A stretch of 64,000 nt of DNA from an uncultured Oscillospiraceae bacterium (GTDB lineage: Bacteria > Bacillota > Clostridia > Oscillospirales > Acutalibacteraceae), in assembly GCA_900540535.1 (NCBI GenBank), contig UQGM01000001.1:30148-94147 (forward strand), given 5' to 3'. The translations under genes and the position numbers were made by a program. A model generated the notes under the pieces. The model was given only the letters and a program-made list of their open reading frames with translations. It made no database searches and was not told the DNA's origin. Positions 1-9,812 of this stretch are shown here, in pieces; within the stretch, counting starts at the first letter, position 1, and every line of letters begins with the position of its first letter.

Positions 1-343
1 CTCTGAGTCCCAAAGGGGAATCTGTGTGTACTCCGACAACATTTTCCTCCACGGAGCATCAGAATCAATATTACCGAATATATCCGCAACACCCTCCATA
101 GCATTGCTCCTTTCTTTAATCGTTTTAAATAGAAATAATACTATATGTATTATTTTGTGCTTTTAATTAATACGCACATTTATTGACATTAATTAACTGT
201 ATCCTTAAGTATTCAGCAAAAAGCTTTGCTTTTGACTTGTCCAATTTATTTATCTATTTTCAAGCCTTATTGAAAAATAATAAACTCTCTGTTTATTATA
301 CACTTATCTTAAAGAAAATGTAAATACATTATTTTTCTTTCTT

Positions 344-1732
344 TTAAAAATCTTCATCTGAAATATTTGCAGATATATTTTCTGACTCTATACCCAAAAT
401 CTGCTCTGACTCAGGGAAATCTATCTCCTCAACGCCTTTGAGCTTTTTGGTAATAATAGTATTTCTCTTCTGAGCGTCATCAAGAGCTTTACCTGCCTCG
501 TCGATTTTCTTCTTTGCCTTATCGAGAATGCCGCCGAATTTATCGTACTGACTCTTTGCAGCAGCAAGAATTTTTCTAACCTCGTTGGCTTTTTCATTGA
601 TAGTTACCGCTTTGAATCCGATTGAAAGAGAGTTAAGCAGTGCGGTTATGGTTGTGGGTCCTGCAATCATAATATTATCGCTGAGAAGATTTTCGGGAAG
701 TCCCGTTCTCGATGATGCTATCTCCGCATAAAGTCCCTCTGTGGGAAGATAGAGAATGGCAAAGGGAGTTGTAACAGGTTCGTTAATATACTTTGTAATC
801 TCCTTTGCCTCGCCTTTAACTCTCGCTTCAAGAGCCTTTCTTGCATCGCTGAGAGCTGCGCTGTCGCCTCTGTCAGCTGCATCACAAAGACGTACATAAT
901 CTTCCATTGGAAATTTTGAGTCTATGGGAAGCAGGGTGAATTTACTGCTGTCCTCACTGGAGGGAATACGCACTGCAAACTCAACTCGCTTGCCCGAGTT
1001 TTTAACAGTTTCCACATTCTTTTCGTACATTTTCGGAATAGTCTGGTCGAGTATGGCTTCAAGCTGAACTTCTGCCCAGGTTCCTCTTGCTTTAACGTTT
1101 GTAAGAACTCTGTTAAGACTGCTGATATTATCTGTAACTCCCGTTGAAAGCTCTTTCATTTCACCTAAGGATTTATAGAGATTTTCAAGCTGCTGGGATA
1201 CAGTCTTAAAGGAACTGTCAAGACGTGAGGTAAGGGTAGAGGTGAGCTTTTCGTCAACAGTCTCTCTCATCTGATCGAGCTTCTTTTCGTTGCTCTCCTG
1301 CATTCTCGTCATATAAATTTCAAGGGTTTTAAGCTGCTTTTCGTTATTTGCCGCATTGGTCATAGCAATTTTGTTGAGTGCATCCCTTGTTTCAATTACA
1401 AAGGACTGCTGCTGCTTTACGCTCTGCTGCATCATATCGGAAAGCTTTGTGTTCATGCTTTCCATACCCTTTGACATTTCGCTTCTCATATTCATCTGAT
1501 GCCTTGCGGTTTCATCACGGTTGCTTCTCATCTCTTCGGAAACACGTCTGTCATTTCTGTTTACAAGTTCCGCAACAGTTCCGAGTCTTTCGGATACAGA
1601 AGAAATCTGCGCTGATATTTCAGAAAAACGTTTTTCATCAGCACCTTTATTTTTCTGTTTTGAAACCATAAGAATCAAAATTATTGATAATACCGCCGAA
1701 AGTGCGGCAAAAATCACTGCAAGGATTTCCAT
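344..1732 (-). CDS. rmuC: DNA recombination protein RmuC (N-terminal TM helix, long coiled coil, RmuC C-terminal domain)
   Basis: 462 aa ORF with a hydrophobic N-terminus, then a K/E/Q-rich coiled coil and a C-terminal region, the typical RmuC architecture. GGAGG RBS upstream on the minus strand. Confidence 0.55.
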   Translation of the reverse strand: MEILAVIFAALSAVLSIILILMVSKQKNKGADEKRFSEISAQISSVSERLGTVAELVNRNDRRVSEEMRSNRDETARHQMNMRSEMSKGMESMNTKLSDMMQQSVKQQQSFVIETRDALNKIAMTNAANNEKQLKTLEIYMTRMQESNEKKLDQMRETVDEKLTSTLTSRLDSSFKTVSQQLENLYKSLGEMKELSTGVTDNISSLNRVLTNVKARGTWAEVQLEAILDQTIPKMYEKNVETVKNSGKRVEFAVRIPSSEDSSKFTLLPIDSKFPMEDYVRLCDAADRGDSAALSDARKALEARVKGEAKEITKYINEPVTTPFAILYLPTEGLYAEIASSRTGLPENLLSDNIMIAGPTTITALLNSLSIGFKAVTINEKANEVRKILAAAKSQYDKFGGILDKAKKKIDEAGKALDDAQKRNTIITKKLKGVEEIDFPESEQILGIESENISANISDEDF

Positions 1733-1952
1733 AAATTAAATTGACCTCCAAGAAAATTCATTGTATACAGCATAATTATATCAATACCTGACTTTGTAGT
1801 AAAGGTAGATAGGCTTGAAAATAATTTAACAATCTTATGTTAAAGTTGCACAAAAGTGTTTATTCAATATTTAACACATATTGAAAATATTCTTATTTAA
1901 ACTATTTAAAAAAGTCTCTTAATTTGATACCATATCGTAAAAAGGAGGATTT

Positions 1953-4061
1953 ATGATGCTTTCTGATTACGATTTTAGATATACAGGTATAATGAAAGGA
2001 CCTATGGAGTCAATCCCCGTAGGAAACGGCGATTTGGGAGCCAATATATGGGCGGAAAAGGACGGAATATATTTTCTGCTTTCAAAAACTGATGCATTCA
2101 GCCGTCTACATCGTCTGATTAAAACGGGATTTTTAAAATTCACTCTGCCGAATAAAAAAGCCTTTGATACTTTGGAATTTCACCTCTCCCTTGAAGAAGG
2201 AATGCTTAAAATTAAAAATGAAGATATAAGCTTTGAAATATACTCCGATGCAAATAATCCGATCTATTTTATAAACATCATCGGCGATATAAGCGGAGGA
2301 TCGCTTTCACTTATAAATTACCGCAGTGAACCTGAAAAGATAGACCCTACAGACAGGAGCAATTACCAGCTTAATCATGAAAAAAACACCCATATAGATT
2401 TTGACTGCACAGAGGATGCAGACACAGTATTTTCTATCGATGATGAAACTCTGGGTCAGTATCACAGAAATAGTGAATCCCTCTATAAATTCAGCCTTCA
2501 TCACCAGCATCTGGAAGACTATGAAGGAGATGACCCATTAACGGATCTGACTTTCGGATTTCTGGCTTATTCTCCCGATGTCAATATAAAAGGCGAATCC
2601 CTTGAATTTAAGAAGGGTACAAAAAATGCTCGTGTAATTATCCACAGTCTTTGCGAAAAATGTGGAAAACCTGAAGAGTTCATTGATAAAATCAAAAATA
2701 TTCCGGAAACAGACAGGGAAAAGCACATCTCTTACTGGAAAGAGATGTGGAATAAAAGCTATGTATATATGAGCGGCTCAAAGAAACCTGAAAAACTCAC
2801 TCAGGGGTATATTTTACAGCGGTACATGAATATCTGTGCCGGCAGGGGAAAATATCCCATTAAATTCAATGGTTCAATATTCACCTGTCAGCCGTCGCCT
2901 CACAGAGAGGAAAACATGGATTACCGCAACTGGGGAGGATATTACTGGCTGCAAAACACAAGGCTCATTTACTGGAATATGCTTTATTCCGGCGACTACG
3001 AGCTGATGCTTCCGTTTTTCAGACTCTATACCGATAACCTTAACTTTGCAAAATACAGAACCAAAAAATATTTCGGCTATGACGGAGCTTTTTATCCGGA
3101 AACAATGAGCATTTTTGCCGCTTATGCCGACACAAACTACGGCTGGAACCGTTACGGACTTCCTGACTCAGTAACCGAAAACACATACATACGCTATTAT
3201 TACTGCGGAGCTCTTGAAGTCGCTCTCATGATGCTTTTATACTGCCGCAATTCAGGAAACATGGAATTTCTAAAGGAAGAATGTCTGCCTTTCGTTTATG
3301 AAAACCTCAAATTCTTTAAAAACCGCTTTACTCTGCCTGACGGTTCAATGAAATTCCAGCCCACATCGTCCCTTGAAACATGGCAAAATTGCATTGACGA
3401 TTCCCCCAACATAGCGGGACTTAAAGCAGTATGCGAAATGCTGAAAACCTTTTCGGAGGCTTCCGATGAATTAAAAAAATATGCAGACAGCATTCTGAAA
3501 GCACTTCCGGCGCTGCCCATAGGCAAAAAGGGCTTCAAAAAGGTGGTTTTGCCTTTCCATAAAAATGTGGATAAGGTTAAGCGTAACTGTGAAAACCCCG
3601 AGCTTTATACTGTTTTCCCATACGGAATTTATAAAGTAGGGGAAAAGGATTTAAATATAGGAATAAACACTTTCAAAAAGAGAAAAGAAAAAGCCTCCTG
3701 CGGCTGGCAGCAACACGGAATACAGGCGGCATTTTTAGGTCTTAAAAAAGAAACATTCAAGGAGATAACAAGAAACTGCGAAAACACAAACAAAAACTGC
3801 ATTTTCCCTGCCTTTTACGGTCCCAACTACGACTGGCTTCCCGACCAGGATAACGGCTCTGTAATGAACATTGCCATAACAAAAGCTCTCATACAGTCAA
3901 ACAGTGAAAAGATATTCCTTTTCCCTGCATGGGATAAAAAATTAAGCGTTTCATTCAGACTGCCTGTTGACGATAATTTTATCACCGTTAAATATGAAAA
4001 GGGCAGAAAGCCGGAATATTCTTTCGACAAACCCGAAAGCCGTGAAGTTGTGGTAATGTAA
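1953..4061 (+). CDS. Putative cytoplasmic six-hairpin glycoside hydrolase (GH95-like / DUF5703-like N-terminus PVGNGDLGANIW)
   Basis: 702 aa. N-terminal motif IPVGNGDLGANIW resembles the GH95-type N-terminal motif. Many aromatic residues, consistent with an (alpha/alpha)6 fold. AAAGGAGG RBS 7 nt upstream. No signal peptide. Confidence 0.35.
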   Translation: MMLSDYDFRYTGIMKGPMESIPVGNGDLGANIWAEKDGIYFLLSKTDAFSRLHRLIKTGFLKFTLPNKKAFDTLEFHLSLEEGMLKIKNEDISFEIYSDANNPIYFINIIGDISGGSLSLINYRSEPEKIDPTDRSNYQLNHEKNTHIDFDCTEDADTVFSIDDETLGQYHRNSESLYKFSLHHQHLEDYEGDDPLTDLTFGFLAYSPDVNIKGESLEFKKGTKNARVIIHSLCEKCGKPEEFIDKIKNIPETDREKHISYWKEMWNKSYVYMSGSKKPEKLTQGYILQRYMNICAGRGKYPIKFNGSIFTCQPSPHREENMDYRNWGGYYWLQNTRLIYWNMLYSGDYELMLPFFRLYTDNLNFAKYRTKKYFGYDGAFYPETMSIFAAYADTNYGWNRYGLPDSVTENTYIRYYYCGALEVALMMLLYCRNSGNMEFLKEECLPFVYENLKFFKNRFTLPDGSMKFQPTSSLETWQNCIDDSPNIAGLKAVCEMLKTFSEASDELKKYADSILKALPALPIGKKGFKKVVLPFHKNVDKVKRNCENPELYTVFPYGIYKVGEKDLNIGINTFKKRKEKASCGWQQHGIQAAFLGLKKETFKEITRNCENTNKNCIFPAFYGPNYDWLPDQDNGSVMNIAITKALIQSNSEKIFLFPAWDKKLSVSFRLPVDDNFITVKYEKGRKPEYSFDKPESREVVVM

Positions 4062-4102
4062 AAGAAAAAACGAAATTTCAAATTTAATTTTTAAAAAAGA
4101 AA

Positions 4103-4136
4103 AAGCTCTCAGGAATCAACCTGAGAGCTTAAATTT
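4103..4136. terminator. Stem-loop (AGCTCTCAGG-AATCAA-CCTGAGAGCT) between the convergent GH gene and tRNA-Gly; candidate bidirectional terminator
   Basis: Perfect 10-bp stem seen directly, followed by aaatttt. Confidence 0.4.
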
Positions 4137-4212
4137 TGGAGCGGATGACGAGGCTCGAACTCGCTACCTCCACCTTGGCAAGGTGGCGCTCTACCAGATG
4201 AGCTACATCCGC
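4137..4212 (-). tRNA. tRNA-Gly (anticodon GCC), CCA encoded
   Basis: Reverse complement reads GCGGATGTAGCTCATCTGGTAGAGCGCCACCTTGCCAAGGTGGAGGTAGCGAGTTCGAGCCTCGTCATCCGCTCCA. Acceptor stem GCGGATG/CATCCGC. Anticodon loop TTGCCAA, so anticodon GCC. T-arm GTTCGAGCC. Confidence 0.9.
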
Positions 4213-4300
4213 AAAACAGCGTAAGGATATTTTATCACAGATTTTCCGTTTGTCAACATCAGAAACAAAAAATCTGTGATAATTTGCTCCACGCCGAAAA

Positions 4301-4774
4301 TTACTGTTTTTCCGATCTGATATTTATACCGCAGCTTCCACTGTTATGACACTGGGTTACAGTTACCTGAACTCCGTCTTCTGTATAACCAAGATAGTTA
4401 AGTATAGGATAATCGTTTTTGTAATACTCATCATAAACTTCTACAGAAACTCCGGCAGATTCAAGCAATGAAATATATTCTCTCGCCTGCTCTAAAGTAA
4501 AATTTTCAAACGTATATCCGTAATAATCCCATCCGTAAGCAGTTCCATTTGAAAGCTCATACACCTGTGTATTTTCGGGTGCAGGAATATTCTCAAAAAG
4601 ATATTTCTCTGTCCACTGCTTCAAAGGAAGTTCTGGGGCCTGCAGAAGATTGCTGTCCACAGTGCTTCCTTCTACACCCTCTTTTGAGCTACACCCCACA
4701 AAGACACCTGCAGTCAGAAACAAAACCAATACCGCCCCAATAAATTTGATTTTAGAAAAAGCAAAATCTTTCAC
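4301..4774 (-). CDS. Putative lipoprotein (lipobox LTAGVFVGC), function unknown
   Basis: 157 aa. Signal peptide ending in a Cys lipobox. AAGGAGAG RBS. Confidence 0.5.
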   Translation of the reverse strand: MKDFAFSKIKFIGAVLVLFLTAGVFVGCSSKEGVEGSTVDSNLLQAPELPLKQWTEKYLFENIPAPENTQVYELSNGTAYGWDYYGYTFENFTLEQAREYISLLESAGVSVEVYDEYYKNDYPILNYLGYTEDGVQVTVTQCHNSGSCGINIRSEKQ

Positions 4775-4809
4775 AGCATAACTCTCCTTATTTAAATGAG
4801 CTTATTTTT

Positions 4810-5283
4810 TCACTGCTTGTTAAGTTTTCTTTTAAGATGAACCGAATAAATCAAAAGACCTGCAATCACAGCAAAAAATACAATATAAAGCAATATCAGT
4901 ACGATATTTTCCGATCCTCCAATTACCTGAATATTTGTAGAACCGTTTGCGTATCCGATAACGTTACCCATGGACATACGCTGATATATGTAATATCCCG
5001 TAAAGGCGGCAGCTGCAATTATAAAGGCAATTATTACCTTTATAATATTCTTTCGCTGTTTAATGTACTTTTTCTGCTCATCAGTAAGATCAGCATTTTT
5101 TATGACGTCATTTACAAACTCTTTTGGAGTTCCGAGACGGTTTATCAAATCATTTTCACTCTCGCCGTGCTCCTTTGCCGAATCGAAAGCTTCCATAAGC
5201 TCTTCCAAAACGGAAGCTTTCAAATCATAGGGTACATTGAGCTTCCTTTTAACTGATTTTATGTATTTCTCTTTATTTGTCAT
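4810..5283 (-). CDS. DUF1700-family membrane protein (PadR-associated, HAAS-type partner)
   Basis: 157 aa. N-terminal helical domain MTNKEKYIKSVKRKL...EELMEAF followed by TM helices. Overlaps the upstream PadR gene by 11 nt. Confidence 0.55.
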   Translation of the reverse strand: MTNKEKYIKSVKRKLNVPYDLKASVLEELMEAFDSAKEHGESENDLINRLGTPKEFVNDVIKNADLTDEQKKYIKQRKNIIKVIIAFIIAAAAFTGYYIYQRMSMGNVIGYANGSTNIQVIGGSENIVLILLYIVFFAVIAGLLIYSVHLKRKLNKQ

Positions 5284-5638
5284 TATTCTTTTCCTCCTCA
5301 GAAAGGGTCATAAAGGAATTTACACATTCAACATAATCACGCCAGAAATCTTTCATGGCGCTGAGAGCCGCTTTTCCCTCATCTGTTGCGGAATAATATT
5401 TCTTCATTCCGCCGTTGGCAGGGGATGGAGCCATTCTGCTTTTTATAAGTCCGTTTTTTTCAAGTCTGTATAAAACAGGATATACTGTTCCCTCTCTGGT
5501 GTATCCGAAAATCCTGCCGCCTCTTTCGTTGAGATTTGTTATTATCTCATATCCGTAGGTTTCCTTTTCGCTGATAAGGCTAAGCAGTACCATTTCAAGG
5601 GAACCTTTTTTGAATTGCTGTTCGTATTTGTTTTCCAC
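5273..5638 (-). CDS. PadR-family transcriptional regulator (likely GTG start; ORF-track start at 5695 probably over-extended)
   Basis: Motif LKGSLEMVLLSLISEKETYGYEI...VYPVLYRLEKNGLI is the PadR winged-HTH signature. AGGGAG RBS 6 nt before GTG at 5638. Confidence 0.75.
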   Translation of the reverse strand: MENKYEQQFKKGSLEMVLLSLISEKETYGYEIITNLNERGGRIFGYTREGTVYPVLYRLEKNGLIKSRMAPSPANGGMKKYYSATDEGKAALSAMKDFWRDYVECVNSFMTLSEEEKNNDK

Positions 5639-5874
5639 TTTAATCTCCCTTGCTTCACTATTTTGTATTACTAAGTAGTAAAGTAAAAATATCATATTCT
5701 GTAAAGGATGTCAATAAGCAAATAAATTTGTTTCGCAAAATATGCTTAAATCCCCTGAAACCCTTGACTTATAAGGATTTAACTGCTATAATACCAAACT
5801 GTCGGTTTATGTTTACCGGCAATCCTTGCTCCGGAAAAGGTCCGGGGCCAAAGACCAGAAGGAGGTGCTTTTAG

Positions 5875-6165
5875 ATGGCAAACCAGAACAGCTATGAAAC
5901 AATGCTTGTTTTCTCCGTCAAGAACGGCGAGGAAAAGGCACAGGAGCTTGTAGCAAAGTTCAAGGCTCTCATGGAGGCTAACGGTACTGTGGAGAGCGTT
6001 GACGAGTGGGGCAAGAGAAGACTTGCTTACCTTATCGACGATGAGCCCGAGGGATACTATGTTGTTGTAAACCACACATGTGCTCCCGAGTTCCCCGCAG
6101 AGCTTGAGCGTGTTCTTAAGATTACTGATGGCGTGCTTCGTTCACTCATCGTAAAGAAGAACTGA
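5875..6165 (+). CDS. rpsF: 30S ribosomal protein S6
   Basis: 96 aa with an S6-like sequence. GAAGGAGG RBS. Conserved rpsF-ssb-rpsR order. Confidence 0.9.
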   Translation: MANQNSYETMLVFSVKNGEEKAQELVAKFKALMEANGTVESVDEWGKRRLAYLIDDEPEGYYVVVNHTCAPEFPAELERVLKITDGVLRSLIVKKN

Positions 6166-6178
6166 GGAGGCCCTGAAA

Positions 6179-6628
6179 ATGCTTAACTGTGCAGTTATCA
6201 TGGGCAGGCTTACAGCCGACCCCGAGCTTCGTACAACCCCTAACGGAATTTCCGTAACAAGTTTTTCCGTTGCAGTTGACAGAAGCTATCAAAGAGCAGG
6301 TGAAGACAGGCAGACAGACTTTATAAACGTCGTCGCCTGGAGAAATACTGCTGAATTTGTTTCCCGCTATTTCCGCAAAGGTTCCATGATTGCGGTACAG
6401 GGTTCAATCCAGACCCGCAACTATGAGGACAGAAACGGAAACAAGAGAACAGCATTCGAAATTGTTGCGGATAACGTAAGCTTCTGCGGTTCAAAGAGCG
6501 AAAGCGGAACCGGTGGAGCTGCTCCTGCAAGACAGGCTGCACCCGCAGCGCCTGCACCGTCTTTTTCAACGGGCAGCGCAGATGATTTCGACGATTTAAG
6601 TTCGGACGAAGAATTACTTCCGTTCTAA
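6179..6628 (+). CDS. ssb: Single-stranded DNA-binding protein
   Basis: OB-fold motif MGRLTADPELRTTPNG...DFINVVAWR, Gly/Pro/Ala-rich linker and an acidic C-terminal tail ending DEELLPF (ssb tails usually end DDDIPF). Confidence 0.95.
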   Translation: MLNCAVIMGRLTADPELRTTPNGISVTSFSVAVDRSYQRAGEDRQTDFINVVAWRNTAEFVSRYFRKGSMIAVQGSIQTRNYEDRNGNKRTAFEIVADNVSFCGSKSESGTGGAAPARQAAPAAPAPSFSTGSADDFDDLSSDEELLPF

Positions 6629-6652
6629 GATTAAACAAGGAGGAAATGTTTC

Positions 6653-6904
6653 ATGGCATACGATAAGAATGACCGTGGCGGAAGACCTAACAGAAAAGGC
6701 CGCAAGAAGGTTTGCGCTTTCTGTGTTGATAAGGTTGAGGCTATCGACTACAAGGATGTTCAGAAGCTTCGCAAGTTCACATCTGACAGAGCAAAGATTT
6801 TGCCCCGTCGTGTAACAGGAACATGCGCTCGTCATCAGAGAGAGCTTACAACAGCTATTAAGCGTGCTCGTATAGTTGCTCTTCTTCCCTACACAAGCGA
6901 CTGA
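6653..6904 (+). CDS. rpsR: 30S ribosomal protein S18
   Basis: 83 aa. Motif [15 protein letters not shown]...[24 protein letters not shown] is the S18 signature. Confidence 0.95.
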   Translation: MAYDKNDRGGRPNRKGRKKVCAFCVDKVEAIDYKDVQKLRKFTSDRAKILPRRVTGTCARHQRELTTAIKRARIVALLPYTSD

Positions 6905-6930
6905 TTTTAATTTCATATGAAATTAATTTT

Positions 6931-6966
6931 CCCCTGCTGGTTTCAGCAGGGGATTTTATTGTTTTT
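6931..6966 (+). terminator. Rho-independent terminator after rpsR (CCCCTGCTG-GTTTC-AGCAGGGG then T-run)
   Basis: GC-rich perfect stem followed by ATTTTATTGTTTTT. Confidence 0.75.
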
Positions 6967-7008
6967 AACAAAGAAGAAACTCAAAATAAGCAAGTTTCAA
7001 AATTTAAT

Positions 7009-7464
7009 TTATTTACGCAGAGGCAATCCATCTTTATCTTTGAAGTGACCTGTTAAAATCAGTATCAAATCAATAAACCAGCCGAAACCAAATAAACCCA
7101 TGGTTAAAAAGTACACTACTCCCCATCCTATTTTGCCTACATAAAAATGGTGAAAACCTAAACCTCCAAAAATCAAACATAATAAAAAGGCTAATATTTT
7201 ATTTTTATCGCTTACAGTCTCCATAGCATACTGATACTGATATTGATTAGTTATAGGCTGATTGTTGTTGATGTTATTGTTAATATAGTTAGGCTGAGCA
7301 AATGTCTGTCTTTCCTGATATTCAGGTTCTTTTTGAACTTTCTCTTCCGGAACCTCCATTTCATATCTGCAATATTCACAAATATTTGTTTTCATAAATG
7401 CTCCGCACATAGGACATATCTTTGACATATTAATTTTCCTCTTTCCCCTCTGAAATTTTTTCAA
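7009..7464 (-). CDS. Zinc-ribbon plus TM2-domain membrane protein with N/Q/Y-rich linker
   Basis: N-terminal CPMCG...CEYC zinc ribbon. Low-complexity linker NNNINNNQPITNQYQYQY. C-terminal TM2-like domain (FLLCLIFGGLGFHHFYVGKIGWGVVYFLT). Confidence 0.55.
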   Translation of the reverse strand: MKKFQRGKRKINMSKICPMCGAFMKTNICEYCRYEMEVPEEKVQKEPEYQERQTFAQPNYINNNINNNQPITNQYQYQYAMETVSDKNKILAFLLCLIFGGLGFHHFYVGKIGWGVVYFLTMGLFGFGWFIDLILILTGHFKDKDGLPLRK

Positions 7465-7803
7465 AATAAAACCTTAAAGCATTTAATCCGTTAACTTTAG
7501 TATTAAGTATATTATAACATACTGATAAATTCTATTTTAATTAAATAAAAGTTTTAGTTTTCAAAAGAATTTATTTGCTAATTTAAAATTTTAATATAAT
7601 ACCCTTTTTTTACAGATCAGAAGCATAAAAAACAATATATATGTTTTTTGCTTTTTTATATTGTACTTTTGATTTAAAATCAGATATTGCAACACTATCT
7701 GTAATAAGAAAGAATATTTTTTAAACAGATTTTATTAATCCCCTTGAAGTATTATAAATTTTTGTTTATAATTCTTTGTAACAATACTCTATTGAGGTGA
7801 AAG

Positions 7804-9381
7804 GTGAAATTTATGAATATCATTCCAAAGCCCCTTAAAGCTTCCGCAATGGGCGGAACAGTATTTTTTTCATCCGGTACAAAGATAAGCGGTGATTTTC
7901 CTCTTACGGCGGAATATGCTGCAAAAGTTCTTTCAGCTAAACCGGAAGCTCCCGAAAACACAATCATTTTTACAAAAGATGATTCTATTCAAAAAGAAGG
8001 ATATACTGTTTCCTGCATCGACGGAAATATATCCGTAAAAGCTTCAGATGAAAGCGGCGCTTTTTATGCATTTATGACTCTTTGCCAGCTTGCAGGAAAA
8101 GAAAATTACTTTGAAGCTGTTTCAGTTGAGGATGCTCCCAAATACGGTCACAGAGGTTTCATGCTTGACAGCGCACGCCATTTCTGGACAGTGGATAAGG
8201 TAAAGCAGATTCTCGACGTTATGGCATCACTTAAGATGAACATATTCCACTGGCATCTTACCGATGACCAGGGCTGGAGAGTGGAAATCAAGAAATATCC
8301 TCTTCTCACAGAAAAGGGATGCATAAGAGACAGTACACCTCTTTCACTTAAAGGTTATGTCCGCAAAAAGGAAGAGAGAGATTACACTGAATACGGCAGA
8401 GGACTTTTCTATACTCAGGATGATGTTAGAGAGATAGTCGCCTATGCTGCCGAGCGTCATATAAACGTTATACCGGAAATTGATATGCCCGGTCATCTTG
8501 TTGCAGCAATAGCATGTTATCCGGAACTTTCCTGTACAGGAGAGGAAGCTCAGGTTTCAAACCGCTGGGGAATTATGGATAATATCGGCTGCTGCGGTAA
8601 GGAAAATGTCTATAACTTTGCAAAAGATGTCATTGATGAGCTTTGTGAGATTTTCCCCTATCCGTATTTCCATATTGGCGGAGACGAAGTTCCGAAAAAG
8701 CGCTGGAAAAAATGTCCCGCATGTCAGGCTAAGATAAAAGAGCTTGGTCTTAAAGATGAAGATGCTCTTCAGGGATATTTCAACAACGTTATTTGCGAAT
8801 ACTTAAAGAGCAAGGGAAGAACCACTGTTGGCTGGAACGAAATACTGGACGCTTCTGAGGGACTTGATAAAAACATCATTCCTCAGTGGTGGATAAAGAG
8901 AAAGCCCGGAGAGAATCTTGAGCTTAAATGGCTTAAAAACGGCGGCAAGATGATAATTTCCCTTGTAGATTATGTTTATATGGATCATGCCTTTGCAATA
9001 AGACCTCTTAAAAAGACATATTCATTCAGCGCAGCTACCTTAGGCATAACAGACGATACAAATGTTATAGGTATGGAAGCTCCTCAGTGGACTGAATATG
9101 TCCGCAACGAGAAGAAATTCGATCTCAATACATATGTAAGACTTATTGCCATTGCGGAAGCTGCTTGGACAGCTGAAAATCTTAAAAACTATGACGATTT
9201 TGAGAACCGCATGGAGAACATGAGAGGTTACTTTGAATCTATGGGCGCAAGACTTGCTCCCCCTGAAATCTATCACGGAAAGACTGTATCTCCCATTTTC
9301 GGCAGAGTTGCAAACGGCTGGAAAATGTGGCGCAAAGACCCGAACTTTGAGTTAAAGCTCTCAGAAAAATACGGATTCTGA
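7804..9381 (+). CDS. Beta-N-acetylhexosaminidase, GH20 family
   Basis: Motifs HRGFMLDSARHF, HWHLTDDQGWR and HIGGDE are GH20 catalytic signatures. No signal peptide. Confidence 0.85.
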   Translation: MKFMNIIPKPLKASAMGGTVFFSSGTKISGDFPLTAEYAAKVLSAKPEAPENTIIFTKDDSIQKEGYTVSCIDGNISVKASDESGAFYAFMTLCQLAGKENYFEAVSVEDAPKYGHRGFMLDSARHFWTVDKVKQILDVMASLKMNIFHWHLTDDQGWRVEIKKYPLLTEKGCIRDSTPLSLKGYVRKKEERDYTEYGRGLFYTQDDVREIVAYAAERHINVIPEIDMPGHLVAAIACYPELSCTGEEAQVSNRWGIMDNIGCCGKENVYNFAKDVIDELCEIFPYPYFHIGGDEVPKKRWKKCPACQAKIKELGLKDEDALQGYFNNVICEYLKSKGRTTVGWNEILDASEGLDKNIIPQWWIKRKPGENLELKWLKNGGKMIISLVDYVYMDHAFAIRPLKKTYSFSAATLGITDDTNVIGMEAPQWTEYVRNEKKFDLNTYVRLIAIAEAAWTAENLKNYDDFENRMENMRGYFESMGARLAPPEIYHGKTVSPIFGRVANGWKMWRKDPNFELKLSEKYGF

Positions 9382-9393
9382 TTTTACAAAAAC

Positions 9394-9430
9394 ATCAGCC
9401 TGTTTGGTAAAACCAAACAGGCTGATTATT
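9394..9430 (+). terminator. Stem-loop after the GH20 gene (ATCAGCCTGTTTGG-TAAAA-CCAAACAGGCTGAT)
   Basis: 14-bp perfect stem, weak U-tract. Confidence 0.45.
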
Positions 9431-9812
9431 CTATGACCCACAATATCCTAAAAAGCAGCTTTTTCGGAACTGTTTTGAAGCTAATAGAGAATTAAGTAAA
9501 AAATTTGTCAGGTTCCTAAAACTGTCTGACAAGTCCCTCCATAATACACATTCAAAAATGAATTGGTGATTTCATTTCTAAAAGAAAACTGCATTATGTT
9601 CTAAAATTATCTTGAACAGACAAACGCAGCTTTTAATAACAGGCGAGTCATAAAAACATATTAAGTTAAACTTGAATTTCTATTCAAACATATTTCATTT
9701 TTATAATAGCACAGGTTTTTTGTGCGTCAATACGCTGACGGCATACTTAAAACAATTAACATGATTTTTATATAAAATAAAAAGAAAGCAAGGTATAATA
9801 CTTTGCTTTCTT

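Noticed and set aside
4137-4212. tRNA-Gly as a possible prophage or genomic-island integration site
   Set aside because: No integrase, recombinase or phage genes and no direct repeat of the tRNA 3' end were found in the flanking 5 kb. The neighbours are ordinary metabolic and regulatory genes.
9440-9780. Long (about 430 bp) non-coding gap between the convergent GH20 and kinase genes, containing the inverted repeat TTGTCAG(N14)CTGACAA; considered as an sRNA gene
   Set aside because: There is no clear promoter and terminator pair bracketing a discrete unit beyond the two gene terminators. Evidence is insufficient without expression data.
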